Below, piece by piece: positions 11,534 through 21,057 of a stretch of 64,000 bases of DNA (within the stretch, counting starts at the first letter, position 1; each line of letters starts with the position of its first letter). Source of the stretch: Bacillota bacterium (lineage in GTDB: Bacteria > Bacillota > Limnochordia > DTU087). The stretch is from contig JAAZMF010000131.1 of assembly GCA_012798955.1 (NCBI GenBank), positions 104 to 64,103 on the forward strand, given 5' to 3'. The notes under the pieces are model-generated. The model worked only from the letters and a program-made list of their open reading frames with translations, ran no database searches and was not told where the DNA came from. Both the position numbers and the translations under genes were made by a program.

Positions 11534-13094
11534 AATGCGGGCAATTGATACTAAGGTGATTAGGGAAATAGGTATACCTAGCCTAGTACTTATGGAAAAT
11601 GCCGGCAGACAAGTGGCAGAAGTAGCCGCCGACTTTCTCGGGCGCCATCACGGCCGTAAGGTCTCTATAGTCGTTGGCAAAGGCAACAATGGTGGAGATG
11701 GGTTCGTGGCCGCCCGCTATCTACACAATCGGGGTTTTAGAGTGCGGGTGTTTCTGATTGCTCCTTCTAAAGAACTTAGTCCCGATGCCTTAGCCAATTA
11801 CCATATCTGTGGTCAGTTAGGGATAGACATACAGGAAGTCGATGAGCAGTATCTATCTAAGTTGCGCTTTGCATTGTCCTTGACTGACTTAATCATTGAC
11901 GGGATCTTAGGGACTGGCATAGAAGGTCCCACCCGAGGTTTGGCCCGTGATGTCATCTTGTTGATCAATGATGTTGAAAGGTCGGTACTTGCCATTGATG
12001 TGCCTTCAGGGCTTGATGCCACGACTGGCGCTATCGCTGGTTCTTGTATTCGGGCCGATATAACTGTAACCTTGGCCGCCCCTAAGATTGGGCTATTTGT
12101 GTATCCGGGGGCTGATATGGCTGGTACCGTCCTTGTGGCAAATATCGGGATTCCTCCCATGGTTTTGGATAGCGGAGGTGCAGGGAATCTGCTAACTGCT
12201 CAAGGACTTAAGGGCCTTATGCATCCACGGCCCAGTGCCGGGCACAAAGGGACGTTTGGCCATGTGCTTGTGCTAGCAGGGTCGGTGGGGATGACGGGGG
12301 CTGCGGCCTTAGCAGCCCGGGGTGCATTAGTGGCCGGGGCTGGGTTGGTTTCGCTGGGTATCCCCCACAGCCTCAACGATATTATGGAAATAAAAACCAC
12401 TGAAGCCATGACCATTCCTTTGCCTGAGACTGCAGAACGTGCTCTGAGTATGGAAGCATTGCCCCATATTCGGCAGCGGCTTCCCCAAATGGAGGCTTTA
12501 GTACTGGGTCCCGGGCTTGGACGGCTACTCTCCACTGGTGGATTAGTCGAGGCTATATTGCAGGAAGTGACTTGCCCTGTGGTATTAGATGCCGATGGAT
12601 TGAATTTAGTGGCTGAAACAGGCATTTTAGAAACTAGAACTACTGAGAGTGGGCCTTTGGTTATAACTCCCCATCCGGGGGAAATGGCCCGCCTTCTAGG
12701 CAGTTCTGTTAAGGATATTCAAAGGGATCGGGTAGAGGTGGCAGTCACCGCTGCCCATCGCTTCAGTTGTACTGTGGTACTTAAGGGTGCAGGCACTGTG
12801 ATTGCCGCATCGGATGGGCAATTTTGGGTAAATACTACCGGTAATGTGGGTATGGCCACCGGTGGTACCGGTGATGTCTTGGCTGGCGTAATTGGAGGGT
12901 GTATAGCCGGTGGGATGGATGTTACTGAGGCGGCGAGATTTGGCGTATACGTTCACGGCCTTGCCGGGGACTTGGCTTTGGCAGAGTTTGGGGCACCCTC
13001 TTTGCTCGCCGGAGATCTTGCCGGAAAATTGCCCCAAGCACTGCAGCTAATTCAGCGGGAAGAAGTGACAGAACGGTGGATTTATCTAGAATAG
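11511..13094 (+). CDS. nnr: Bifunctional NAD(P)H-hydrate repair enzyme Nnr (epimerase + ADP-dependent dehydratase)
   Basis: N-terminal YjeF_N domain (GKGNNGGDGFVAARYL) and C-terminal carbohydrate-kinase-like domain (HKGTFGHVLVLAGS..., GGTGDVLAG). The start at 11511 (MKLLTAAEMRAID) is likely. Confidence 0.85.
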   Translation: MKLLTAAEMRAIDTKVIREIGIPSLVLMENAGRQVAEVAADFLGRHHGRKVSIVVGKGNNGGDGFVAARYLHNRGFRVRVFLIAPSKELSPDALANYHICGQLGIDIQEVDEQYLSKLRFALSLTDLIIDGILGTGIEGPTRGLARDVILLINDVERSVLAIDVPSGLDATTGAIAGSCIRADITVTLAAPKIGLFVYPGADMAGTVLVANIGIPPMVLDSGGAGNLLTAQGLKGLMHPRPSAGHKGTFGHVLVLAGSVGMTGAAALAARGALVAGAGLVSLGIPHSLNDIMEIKTTEAMTIPLPETAERALSMEALPHIRQRLPQMEALVLGPGLGRLLSTGGLVEAILQEVTCPVVLDADGLNLVAETGILETRTTESGPLVITPHPGEMARLLGSSVKDIQRDRVEVAVTAAHRFSCTVVLKGAGTVIAASDGQFWVNTTGNVGMATGGTGDVLAGVIGGCIAGGMDVTEAARFGVYVHGLAGDLALAEFGAPSLLAGDLAGKLPQALQLIQREEVTERWIYLE

Positions 13095-14251
13095 CAGGGG
13101 GAGATCACCTCCCCGGTGCTTGGCTGGAAATTGATCTAGATGCCATTGGCCACAATGTAAGGGCTTTATGCCACAAGCTTTCGCCTGGGACCGAGCTTAT
13201 GGCTATCGTCAAGGCCGATGGGTATGGACACGGGGCTGTTCCTGTGGCGAGAGCGGCCCTTCACAAAGGGGCAAAGTGGTTAGGGTTAGGTAGTGTATCT
13301 GAGGCCATTGAATTACGGCAGGCTGGCATTACTGCCCCTTTGCTAGTTCTCGGTCCGCCACTTAAGTGGCAAGCTCCCTTAGTTGTGGAAAATGACCTAC
13401 GGGTGGCAGTATGCACTTATGATGTCGCCGAGCAGCTTTCCCAGGCGGCAAGGCTTGGGGGAGTGACTGCCCGAGTCCATGTGAAAATCGATACTGGCAT
13501 GGGGAGACTCGGCGTCATGCCGGCGGCGGCTTTGAAGTTTATTCGCAGGATACAAGTATTACCGAATTTGGAAGTGGAAGGTATTTTCTCCCATTTTGCT
13601 ACAGCTGATGATGTTGATCAGACGTATGCTAGACAACAGTTTTCCGCTTTTTCGCAGGTGATGAGTGAGCTAGAGCAGACGGGTATCACCATACCAATTA
13701 AGCATATAGCCAACACTGCCGCCGGCATCACACTTCCCAAGACGCAGCTCTCTTTAGTGCGTAGCGGTATCGCGGTGTACGGGCTATCCACCGTAGAAGA
13801 GTCCAAGTTGCAGTTGGATCTGATCCCGGCCTTGGAGCTTAAGGCTACAGTGAGTTATGTACACCGAGTGCCGGCCGGAAGTGGCATTAGCTACGACACC
13901 CGATATGTCGCCCCAAAAGATACCAATATTGTTACGATACCAGTGGGCTATGCCCAAGGGTATTCAAGGCTACTTAGCGGTAAAGCCGAGGTGCTTCTCA
14001 ATGGGAAGCGCTATCCCCTAGTAGGCAATATCTGTATGGGTCAATGTATGGCAGATGTAGGCGACGATTTGGTCAATATCGGAGACACGGCGGTATTTCT
14101 CGGCAGACAAGGCAGTGCATATATTGGTGCCAGTGAACTTGCGGCCAAAATGGGGACCATCCACTATGAAGTGCTTTGCATGATGGGAGATAAGCTTCCA
14201 AGGATATATCGAGGTCAAGAAGCCAATAGACAGGGACTTGGCCCCTCATAA
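13076..14251 (+). CDS. alr: Alanine racemase
   Basis: PLP lysine motif AIVKADGYGHG. Also SHFATAD and the YGLS region. Has the typical acpS-nnr-alr context. Confidence 0.9.
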   Translation: MDLSRIAGGDHLPGAWLEIDLDAIGHNVRALCHKLSPGTELMAIVKADGYGHGAVPVARAALHKGAKWLGLGSVSEAIELRQAGITAPLLVLGPPLKWQAPLVVENDLRVAVCTYDVAEQLSQAARLGGVTARVHVKIDTGMGRLGVMPAAALKFIRRIQVLPNLEVEGIFSHFATADDVDQTYARQQFSAFSQVMSELEQTGITIPIKHIANTAAGITLPKTQLSLVRSGIAVYGLSTVEESKLQLDLIPALELKATVSYVHRVPAGSGISYDTRYVAPKDTNIVTIPVGYAQGYSRLLSGKAEVLLNGKRYPLVGNICMGQCMADVGDDLVNIGDTAVFLGRQGSAYIGASELAAKMGTIHYEVLCMMGDKLPRIYRGQEANRQGLGPS

Positions 14252-14299
14252 TCTTGCCCCGTCTTGCATATTGTGGTAAGCGGGAAGGGAGGAGACGCT

Positions 14300-15193
14300 A
14301 TGTCCCCTGGAATACTGGGCAAGTGTATTGTGTTAGCCTTGGCTGCAATTATGCTGTCTGCCGGATTGCCCTGTGCAGCACAAGGGGCGAGCCATGTGGT
14401 CTTTAGCATGGAGGATCATGCCGGTGACGATTTTGGTCAGGGCCAAGTATCTTACCCCGAGCATCAAGTATTTGAGCCGGGGCTATTTGATTTGCGGCGA
14501 GTGCACATATGGCATGACGATGAGAATACCTACTACGACATATCCTTTGCTAAGATTACTAATCCTTGGAATGCACCAGAAGGGTTCTTCCATCAGCTGA
14601 TCGACATATATATCGACGCAGAACCAGGGGGTCACACGGTACCTGCCGCACCGGGAGCTGGTGTGCAGTTCTCATCGGAGGCCGGTTGGGAGTATCGCCT
14701 GCGGATTCAGCCTTGGGGCGGATCCCGCTGGCTCGACGCCCGTTGGGATCCGGCTAAGGTTTATCCTGTTGCCGTATCAGTGTTGCCAGATGACAAGACT
14801 ATCCGTGCCCAAGTGCCCTTGACTGTGGCAGAACATCCGTCTCGGGTATGGCAATACTACGTGTTAGTGGGGGGCTTTGATACCTTTGGGCCTGATCAAT
14901 ATCGGGTTGTGGAAGAGTCTGCCTCCAAGTGGTCTTTTGGTGGTGCCACCACATCCAACAGTCCCAATGTAATAGACCTGCTAGATGGGGGGCTGGGGAG
15001 GAAATCTCAAAAGAGTCAGCTAAATGTTGAGAACCTAGCTGAAGGGGAATGTCCCGTCTTGTTGCCTGTAAGTCATGGATTGTCCTTGCCTTTCACTTGG
15101 TGGCATTTGTTGGCAAGTTTCGCAGTTTTGGTACTACTAAGTGGCATCTTCTACGCTGTATTCAGACAGCAACCACCGGGGCATGGTGGCTGA
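14300..15193 (+). CDS. Secreted, C-terminally membrane-anchored protein with a Glucodextran_C-like (glucodextranase C-terminal, SLH-like) domain
   Basis: ATG 14300 follows a GGGAAGGGAGGAG RBS. Has a signal-peptide-like N-terminus. The motif block DHAGDDFGQGQVSYP...FEPGLFDL...ITNPW...IDIYID recalls Pfam Glucodextran_C. Has a C-terminal TM helix (WWHLLASFAVLVLLSGIFYAVF). Confidence 0.5.
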   Translation: MSPGILGKCIVLALAAIMLSAGLPCAAQGASHVVFSMEDHAGDDFGQGQVSYPEHQVFEPGLFDLRRVHIWHDDENTYYDISFAKITNPWNAPEGFFHQLIDIYIDAEPGGHTVPAAPGAGVQFSSEAGWEYRLRIQPWGGSRWLDARWDPAKVYPVAVSVLPDDKTIRAQVPLTVAEHPSRVWQYYVLVGGFDTFGPDQYRVVEESASKWSFGGATTSNSPNVIDLLDGGLGRKSQKSQLNVENLAEGECPVLLPVSHGLSLPFTWWHLLASFAVLVLLSGIFYAVFRQQPPGHGG

Positions 15194-15222
15194 CCCATAT
15201 CGCTATTTGAGTCATCTTTTCT

Positions 15223-15252
15223 AACCGGAAGTGCACTTACTTCCGGTTTTCC
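15223..15252 (+). terminator. Rho-independent terminator
   Basis: Perfect 10-bp stem AACCGGAAGT / ACTTCCGGTT with a 6-nt loop, followed by TTTTCC. Confidence 0.8.
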
Positions 15253-15384
15253 ATTATCTGCCTCTAGCTAGAAAAACTGTATAGAGTTGGCCCTAGGGGA
15301 AAAGCTAAACACACCGTAGAGTCTAGCAAAGAGTGTAGCAGAAGGGATATTAGCGGAAGGTCAGGAGATGGAGGAGGCGGTTAG

Positions 15385-16818
15385 GTGAAGATTCTAATGC
15401 TATCTTGGGAGTACCCACCACAAGTTGTGGGAGGACTTGGCAGGCATGTGGCCGATCTTTCTGAAGCTCTAGTGGAACTTGGCCATGAAGTGCATGTCTT
15501 AACGGGTGATGCCAAAGGCTCTCCCCCTAGGGAAGAGATGAACGGAGTCCATGTTCACAGACTGACTATGTATGGCCCTGCTGGGCGGGATTTCGTGGAA
15601 TCTGTAACACATCTGAATATGCATATGCTGGAAGCTTCCCTTGGCCTTTTGGGTCAGGGTCACACCTTCGATTTAGTCCATAGTCATGACTGGCTGGCGG
15701 CTTATGCTGGAAAAGCTCTTAAGCATGGCCTTGTCCGCCCATTAGTTGCCACTATCCATGCTACCGAATTTGGTCGCAACCATGGTCTGCATAATGATCT
15801 GCAAAGGCAAATCAGCAACCTGGAATGGTGGCTGACCTATGAGGCTTGGCGTGTGATTTGCTGTAGTCAGTATATGCGGGGCGAAATTCAGTACATTTTC
15901 CAGGTACCCAATGATAAATTGCGCATATTGCCCAATGGTGTTAAGCTCTCGGATTTCACCCTCCACGACAAATTCGACGCCCGGGCCTTTCGCCGTCAGT
16001 ATGCATCAGACCATGAGCGCATCATTTTCTATGTAGGTAGATTAGTCCACGAAAAAGGTGTCGATACCTTGGTCGATGCTATCCCCCATGTTTTGGCGCA
16101 ATACAAGCAAGTCAAGTTCATCATAGCGGGCAAAGGGCCTGGGGAATTTGCCCTAAGGGAGCGTGCAGGGCGTCTAGGTGTCAGTCAAAATGTCTATTTT
16201 GCCGGATTTGTCAATGATGTAACCCGCAATCGCATGTATGCTTGTGCAGATGTGGCGGTTGTGCCAAGTTTGTATGAGCCTTTTGGTATTGTGGCATTGG
16301 AGGCCATGGCGGCTAGTGTGCCGGTGGTTGTCTCTGATACCGGGGGTCTGGCAGAGATAGTGCGTCATGCTCAAAATGGACTAAGAGCCTATCCAGGTAA
16401 TGCCCAGTCCCTGGCTGATAACATCCTTGCATATCTTAAAGCACCAGAGTTTGCCGAGTATATTAAGAGACAGGCTCTAGCGGATGTCCAGGACAAATAT
16501 ACTTGGCCTTTGATTGCCCAGCAGACTCTAGCGGTTTACCAAGAGGTCCTTGCAGAATTCGCCGAAAATGCCTGGGCAGCAATGGGGGGCTTTCCTCCAG
16601 ATGGGATCTTGGCCCAAACTCGCCTTACTACCCAAGGTGCCCAGTCCCGCTACCAGGAGACTGGGTCCATAGCTGCCAATCGAGCCAATGATTGGAGCGG
16701 GATGCCCCACCCCTGTGGTAGTCGCTATCTAGGACCAGGGGTTACTAGCAGTGAGGCGTCTGATCTTGGTCACGAAATGGGCGTAGAATATCTATCTAGT
16801 GGAGGCGCCGTCACATGA
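15385..16818 (+). CDS. GT4-family glycosyltransferase (alpha-glucan / glycogen synthase-like) with a ~90-aa low-complexity C-terminal tail
   Basis: N-terminus MKILMLSWEYPPQVVGGLGRHV and the E-x7-E region (PSLYEPFGIVALEAMA) are typical of GT4 retaining glucosyltransferases. GTG start follows a GGAGGAGG RBS. Confidence 0.75.
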   Translation: MKILMLSWEYPPQVVGGLGRHVADLSEALVELGHEVHVLTGDAKGSPPREEMNGVHVHRLTMYGPAGRDFVESVTHLNMHMLEASLGLLGQGHTFDLVHSHDWLAAYAGKALKHGLVRPLVATIHATEFGRNHGLHNDLQRQISNLEWWLTYEAWRVICCSQYMRGEIQYIFQVPNDKLRILPNGVKLSDFTLHDKFDARAFRRQYASDHERIIFYVGRLVHEKGVDTLVDAIPHVLAQYKQVKFIIAGKGPGEFALRERAGRLGVSQNVYFAGFVNDVTRNRMYACADVAVVPSLYEPFGIVALEAMAASVPVVVSDTGGLAEIVRHAQNGLRAYPGNAQSLADNILAYLKAPEFAEYIKRQALADVQDKYTWPLIAQQTLAVYQEVLAEFAENAWAAMGGFPPDGILAQTRLTTQGAQSRYQETGSIAANRANDWSGMPHPCGSRYLGPGVTSSEASDLGHEMGVEYLSSGGAVT

Positions 16819-19316
16819 AGGCAGTGAAAGCGGTGATTATGGCAGGAGGTCAGGGTAGTCGATTGCGTCCACTAACTTGCGATCTTCCCAAACCCATGGT
16901 GCCAATGGCCAATCGGCCCATGATGGAATACATAATCGAGCTCTTGGGCAAACATGGCATGGAGGATATTGCCGTGACTACGTGGTATCTGCCAGAAGTG
17001 ATCGAAGAGCATTTCGGTGATGGTGCCGCCTTCGGTTGCAGTTTGCACTACTTTGTAGAGGACAGGCCCTTAGGTACAGCCGGTAGTGTGAAGAACGCAG
17101 CCGCTTTTCTCGATGGGACATTCCTAGTGATCTCCGGGGACGCCTTGACAGATTTTGACTTAGCAAAGGCTATCGCCTACCATCGGGAGAAGCAAGCCTT
17201 GGCCACTTTGGTTTTGACTAGAGTATCATCGCCTTTAGAATACGGGGTTGTTTTTATTAACGAAGCAGGCAAAGTGGAGCGTTTTTTGGAAAAACCAAGC
17301 TGGGGTGAGGTTTTTAGTGATACCGTTAATACCGGTATTTATATACTGGAACCTGAAATCTTAGCCATGATCCCAGAAGAAACTCAATTTGATTTTAGCA
17401 GGGATTTATTTCCCATGCTTCTTCAATCAGGTCGTGGCCTGTATGGTTATGTCAGTGAGGGCTATTGGTCAGACATAGGGAATATTGAGCAATATGTCCA
17501 ATCCCATTGGGATCTTTTGATGAAGAAGGCAAAGGCATCGCTTCCCGGCAGAAAGCAGGCCGCAAGTGAGCAGGATATGTGGCTAGATGAAGGTGTTTTC
17601 ATCCACCCTGATGCCACCCTAGAAGGGCCAGTAGTATTAGGGAAGCATTGTCGGGTGGAACGGGGGGCAACCATCGGCCCTTATGTTGTCTTAGGGGAGA
17701 ATACAATAGTAGGCCAGCATAGCTCTATACGTCACTCTATTCTATGGCCCAATGTGCATGTAGGGGCTTCCGCTGAGATAAAAGGGGCAGTCATCTGCCA
17801 GCAGGCTACAGTCAAATCTAAAGCCCGGGTTTTCCAAGGGGCTGTCATTGGCCAAGGGAGTGTGCTAGGCATGTCTAGTACAGTGAGGCCCCGTGTAAAA
17901 ATCTGGCCAAACAAGCAAGTAGACCGTTTAGCCACGGTGAGTGCCGATGTAGTTTGGACGGGAAGCTGCGCCCGGAGTCTATTTGGCAACGGGGGAATTA
18001 CTGGCTTGGCAAACCTAGAATTGAGTCCCGAGTTCTCAGCCCGTATTGGGGCAAGTCTTGGCGCCTTGCATAATCCCAGTCAGACTGTGCTTGTAGCTGC
18101 CGATGGGTGGGGAGCTGCCCGTATGGTGAAAAGGGCCCTAACCGCGGGGCTCTTATCTAGCGGAGTCGACGTGGTGGATATTGGCTCTACTACATTGCCA
18201 GTTACAGGGTTTACCTCTGTTCTGACTAATTGCGTGGGGGCGGTATATGTGCGCCAGGGTCAGAAAATCCCAGACGAAGTGGAGATCCGCATTCTTGATG
18301 GGCAGGGTTTTCCCCTTGGCCGCAGTCAGGAACGGGCCCTGGATAATTATTTTGACAGAGGAGATTTTAGACGGGTACCCGGCAGTGTAGTGGGTAAGAC
18401 ACAGTTTGTTGCGGGAGCAAATCAAGCATACTTGAAGGCCCTTTCCGAGCAATATCGGGGGATGCCATCCCACATGCAAGCATCTACTGTAGTTATTGGC
18501 TACACGGCACCCTCCTTAAAATTTTTGCTACCTAATGTCCTAGCGGACGTGGGGTGTAAGATCATCGATCTAGGTTTTGATCAGCAGCCAGGAGCTACTC
18601 CCAACTTGGCCATGTATGAGCGGGAGGTTTACCTAGGCCTGATAGCCGATGAGGTAATTGCCAAGGAAGCTGCTTTTGGAGTGTTGGTGGATGGTAGCGG
18701 TGAATTAGCAATCTTAGTCGATAACAACGGTGAGCCCCTAGCAGCTGACTTATATTGGCCACTACTTACTTGGGCGGTAGCAGTCAGTGCCAAAGATTTT
18801 GGTGACACAATGGCGGTACCAGTTACAGCCTCCCATGCGGTAGACGAAGTAGCCGCCAAATTTCAGATGCCCATTGTCCGCACGCAAAACAACGCCCGAG
18901 CTGTTCTGCAGGCCACTGGAGGGTTACATGTAGCTGGGAGAGACGGGGAATTGCTCCACCCTGCCTTTGATGCGTTGGCATTTACCATCACTATACTGGG
19001 ATTGGTAGGGAGAACAGGTAGGGATTTGGCCGAACTTGTAGCCGCATTGCCGCCAAAAGGCCGACGGCAACTTGATGTTGTTGTGCCATGGCAAGGGAAG
19101 GGAAAAGTTATGCATCATGTGTTGGCTAGCACCAAAGATGAACAACGGGATCTTATTGATGGTATCAAGGTCTATCATGAACAGGGCTGGGCTTTGGTAT
19201 TACCCGATGGTGAAGCACCTTTAGTATCAGTATATACTGAGGCTTCAACTTACGATGAGGCAGATGGATTAGCTCAAATGTATTCAGATCAGATCGATGA
19301 AGCCCAGCTCATGTAG
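16815..19316 (+). CDS. Fusion protein: sugar-1-phosphate nucleotidyltransferase + left-handed beta-helix + degenerate phosphohexomutase-like module
   Basis: N-terminal AGGQGSRLRPLT...KPMVP nucleotidyltransferase signature. Hexapeptide repeats span roughly aa 265-370. Residues from about aa 385-833 are colinear with PGM/PMM four-domain enzymes. ATGA overlap with the GT4 gene. Confidence 0.8.
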   Translation: MKAVKAVIMAGGQGSRLRPLTCDLPKPMVPMANRPMMEYIIELLGKHGMEDIAVTTWYLPEVIEEHFGDGAAFGCSLHYFVEDRPLGTAGSVKNAAAFLDGTFLVISGDALTDFDLAKAIAYHREKQALATLVLTRVSSPLEYGVVFINEAGKVERFLEKPSWGEVFSDTVNTGIYILEPEILAMIPEETQFDFSRDLFPMLLQSGRGLYGYVSEGYWSDIGNIEQYVQSHWDLLMKKAKASLPGRKQAASEQDMWLDEGVFIHPDATLEGPVVLGKHCRVERGATIGPYVVLGENTIVGQHSSIRHSILWPNVHVGASAEIKGAVICQQATVKSKARVFQGAVIGQGSVLGMSSTVRPRVKIWPNKQVDRLATVSADVVWTGSCARSLFGNGGITGLANLELSPEFSARIGASLGALHNPSQTVLVAADGWGAARMVKRALTAGLLSSGVDVVDIGSTTLPVTGFTSVLTNCVGAVYVRQGQKIPDEVEIRILDGQGFPLGRSQERALDNYFDRGDFRRVPGSVVGKTQFVAGANQAYLKALSEQYRGMPSHMQASTVVIGYTAPSLKFLLPNVLADVGCKIIDLGFDQQPGATPNLAMYEREVYLGLIADEVIAKEAAFGVLVDGSGELAILVDNNGEPLAADLYWPLLTWAVAVSAKDFGDTMAVPVTASHAVDEVAAKFQMPIVRTQNNARAVLQATGGLHVAGRDGELLHPAFDALAFTITILGLVGRTGRDLAELVAALPPKGRRQLDVVVPWQGKGKVMHHVLASTKDEQRDLIDGIKVYHEQGWALVLPDGEAPLVSVYTEASTYDEADGLAQMYSDQIDEAQLM

Positions 19317-19340
19317 ACGGGTGTCAATCACACGAAAGTA

Positions 19341-20966
19341 TTATCCTGCACCATGGGCGTAGATGGCGAAATCTAACTCTGGGAAGATGTTGTTGTGGGA
19401 TTCCAGTTCCTGTAGTTTTGCCTCATTGATCTGTTGCTTTGAGACCTCTTCGTGAAGAGCGATGAAGTTAACTAGGTGTGTCTTGGTGCGGGAAATTGCA
19501 TATTCTACCATTGTGTCAGTCTTCATGATAAAGGCCCAATCACTGGCCTGAGCTAAGAGGAGTTCCCGGGCAGCTTGGTTTAGGGCCCTTCGCAATGTCC
19601 CGGTAGCATGTCGGTGTTTGCTCGCCATGTCGCCCATGCGGTCTGCCGCCTTATGTAGATGCCGATATATCCACGTATTGCTTCGATCTAGCCATACTTC
19701 ATGATATCCACCACTACCCCAGCTCGACTCTGAGGGGATACCTATCTGCCCTTGGGGATATCGCTTTAGATACTCTCCTGGTGTAATCATTGCAAACACA
19801 TTCTGGTCATAGGCAGTCTTGCGAAAGAGGTAATCTAGCCATTTCGGTCCTTCGTGCCACCAGTGGCCGAATAGCTCAGCGTCATAGGGTGCCACAACCA
19901 AGGGTGGTCTTGTCATTTGAGAGGCGAGGTGTCGAATCTGGAGCTCCCGATTAAACATGAAATTGCCCCCGTGTTCGGCTGCCCGTTCTCTGGCGATGTC
20001 GGGGTCATAGATCTCTTTGTGGCCAGTGGGGCCTGTGATACGATGGTATTTTATTCCAGTAAATCCCCTAATACCTTCAACTAGGTACGGCCGGATGTAA
20101 TCATAGTCGAGATCAAAACCGATATCTCTATAGAAGTCCCTATAATAATAGTCTCCCGGATAGCCTTCTGTTGCACTCCAGACTTGTTTTGACGATTCCC
20201 AGTCACGACCGAAGGCAGCCACTTTAGCTGGTGTATAGATGGGGGCATATACGGAGGATAAAGGTTTTGGTTCGCCGTGGATTAGTCCATGGGAATCGGT
20301 TAGAAAATAGCGTATTCCGTATCTTGCCAAGATCTGTTCAATGCCCGGGACAAACCCACACTCCGGGAGCCAAAAACCCTCTGGGTCTCTGCCAAAATCC
20401 CTCTTGTATGTTGCTACACCAACAGCAATTTGGGCCTCAACTGCTTTGGGGTTGATACTAAGCAGTGGCAGATAACCATGGGTAGCTGCTGAGGCCAAGA
20501 TCTCCAGTTTTCCGGTCCTAGCGATATGCCTAAAGGCATCTAGCAGGCGGCCATGATACTTTTCAAAGAGGTTTTGGGCTGCTTGGAAATGCTCTAGGTA
20601 CATCAAGGCCACAGTTTGGAGCCGGGGCTGATGGCGGGTGCGCTTGACCTCCTTGGCGGCTAACTCTTGCAGGTCGTTAATGTGCTTTATGTAGCGCCTT
20701 TGAAGAAAATCATCAGCGAGCATGGAAGCTAGTGTTGGTGTAATTGACATGGCTAGGCGAAAATCCACCCCGTCATGTAACAGCCCTTCTAGCACCCAAA
20801 TCAAGGGTATGTAGGTTTCTGTAATGGCTTCCATGAGCCATAGTTCTTCTAGGCACTTCGCTTTTTCCGGGTGACGAACATATGGCAAATGGGCATGCAA
20901 GACAATGGATAAATAGCCTAGTGGTTGGGGCAATTTGCTGCTCCTCTCGTAAGGGTGTTCTGTCAC
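19341..20966 (-). CDS. GH57-family 1,4-alpha-glucan branching enzyme
   Basis: Has the LHAHLPYVRHPE N-terminal signature, GH57 catalytic-region motifs (GFWLPECGF, APYDAELFGHWWHEG) and a C-terminal helical DUF1957-like domain. A TTG at 20933, preceded by GAGAGGAG plus 7 nt, is a more likely start than the GTG at 20966. Confidence 0.85.
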   Translation of the reverse strand: MTEHPYERSSKLPQPLGYLSIVLHAHLPYVRHPEKAKCLEELWLMEAITETYIPLIWVLEGLLHDGVDFRLAMSITPTLASMLADDFLQRRYIKHINDLQELAAKEVKRTRHQPRLQTVALMYLEHFQAAQNLFEKYHGRLLDAFRHIARTGKLEILASAATHGYLPLLSINPKAVEAQIAVGVATYKRDFGRDPEGFWLPECGFVPGIEQILARYGIRYFLTDSHGLIHGEPKPLSSVYAPIYTPAKVAAFGRDWESSKQVWSATEGYPGDYYYRDFYRDIGFDLDYDYIRPYLVEGIRGFTGIKYHRITGPTGHKEIYDPDIARERAAEHGGNFMFNRELQIRHLASQMTRPPLVVAPYDAELFGHWWHEGPKWLDYLFRKTAYDQNVFAMITPGEYLKRYPQGQIGIPSESSWGSGGYHEVWLDRSNTWIYRHLHKAADRMGDMASKHRHATGTLRRALNQAARELLLAQASDWAFIMKTDTMVEYAISRTKTHLVNFIALHEEVSKQQINEAKLQELESHNNIFPELDFAIYAHGAG

Positions 20967-21057
20967 AGCAAAGACTCTGTGCCTGCCAATGTCAGGGGTC
21001 GGTCACTTTAAAGCCCTTTGCTCTAGCAAGGCTCTACGCTGCCAGTGCCAAGGGTTG

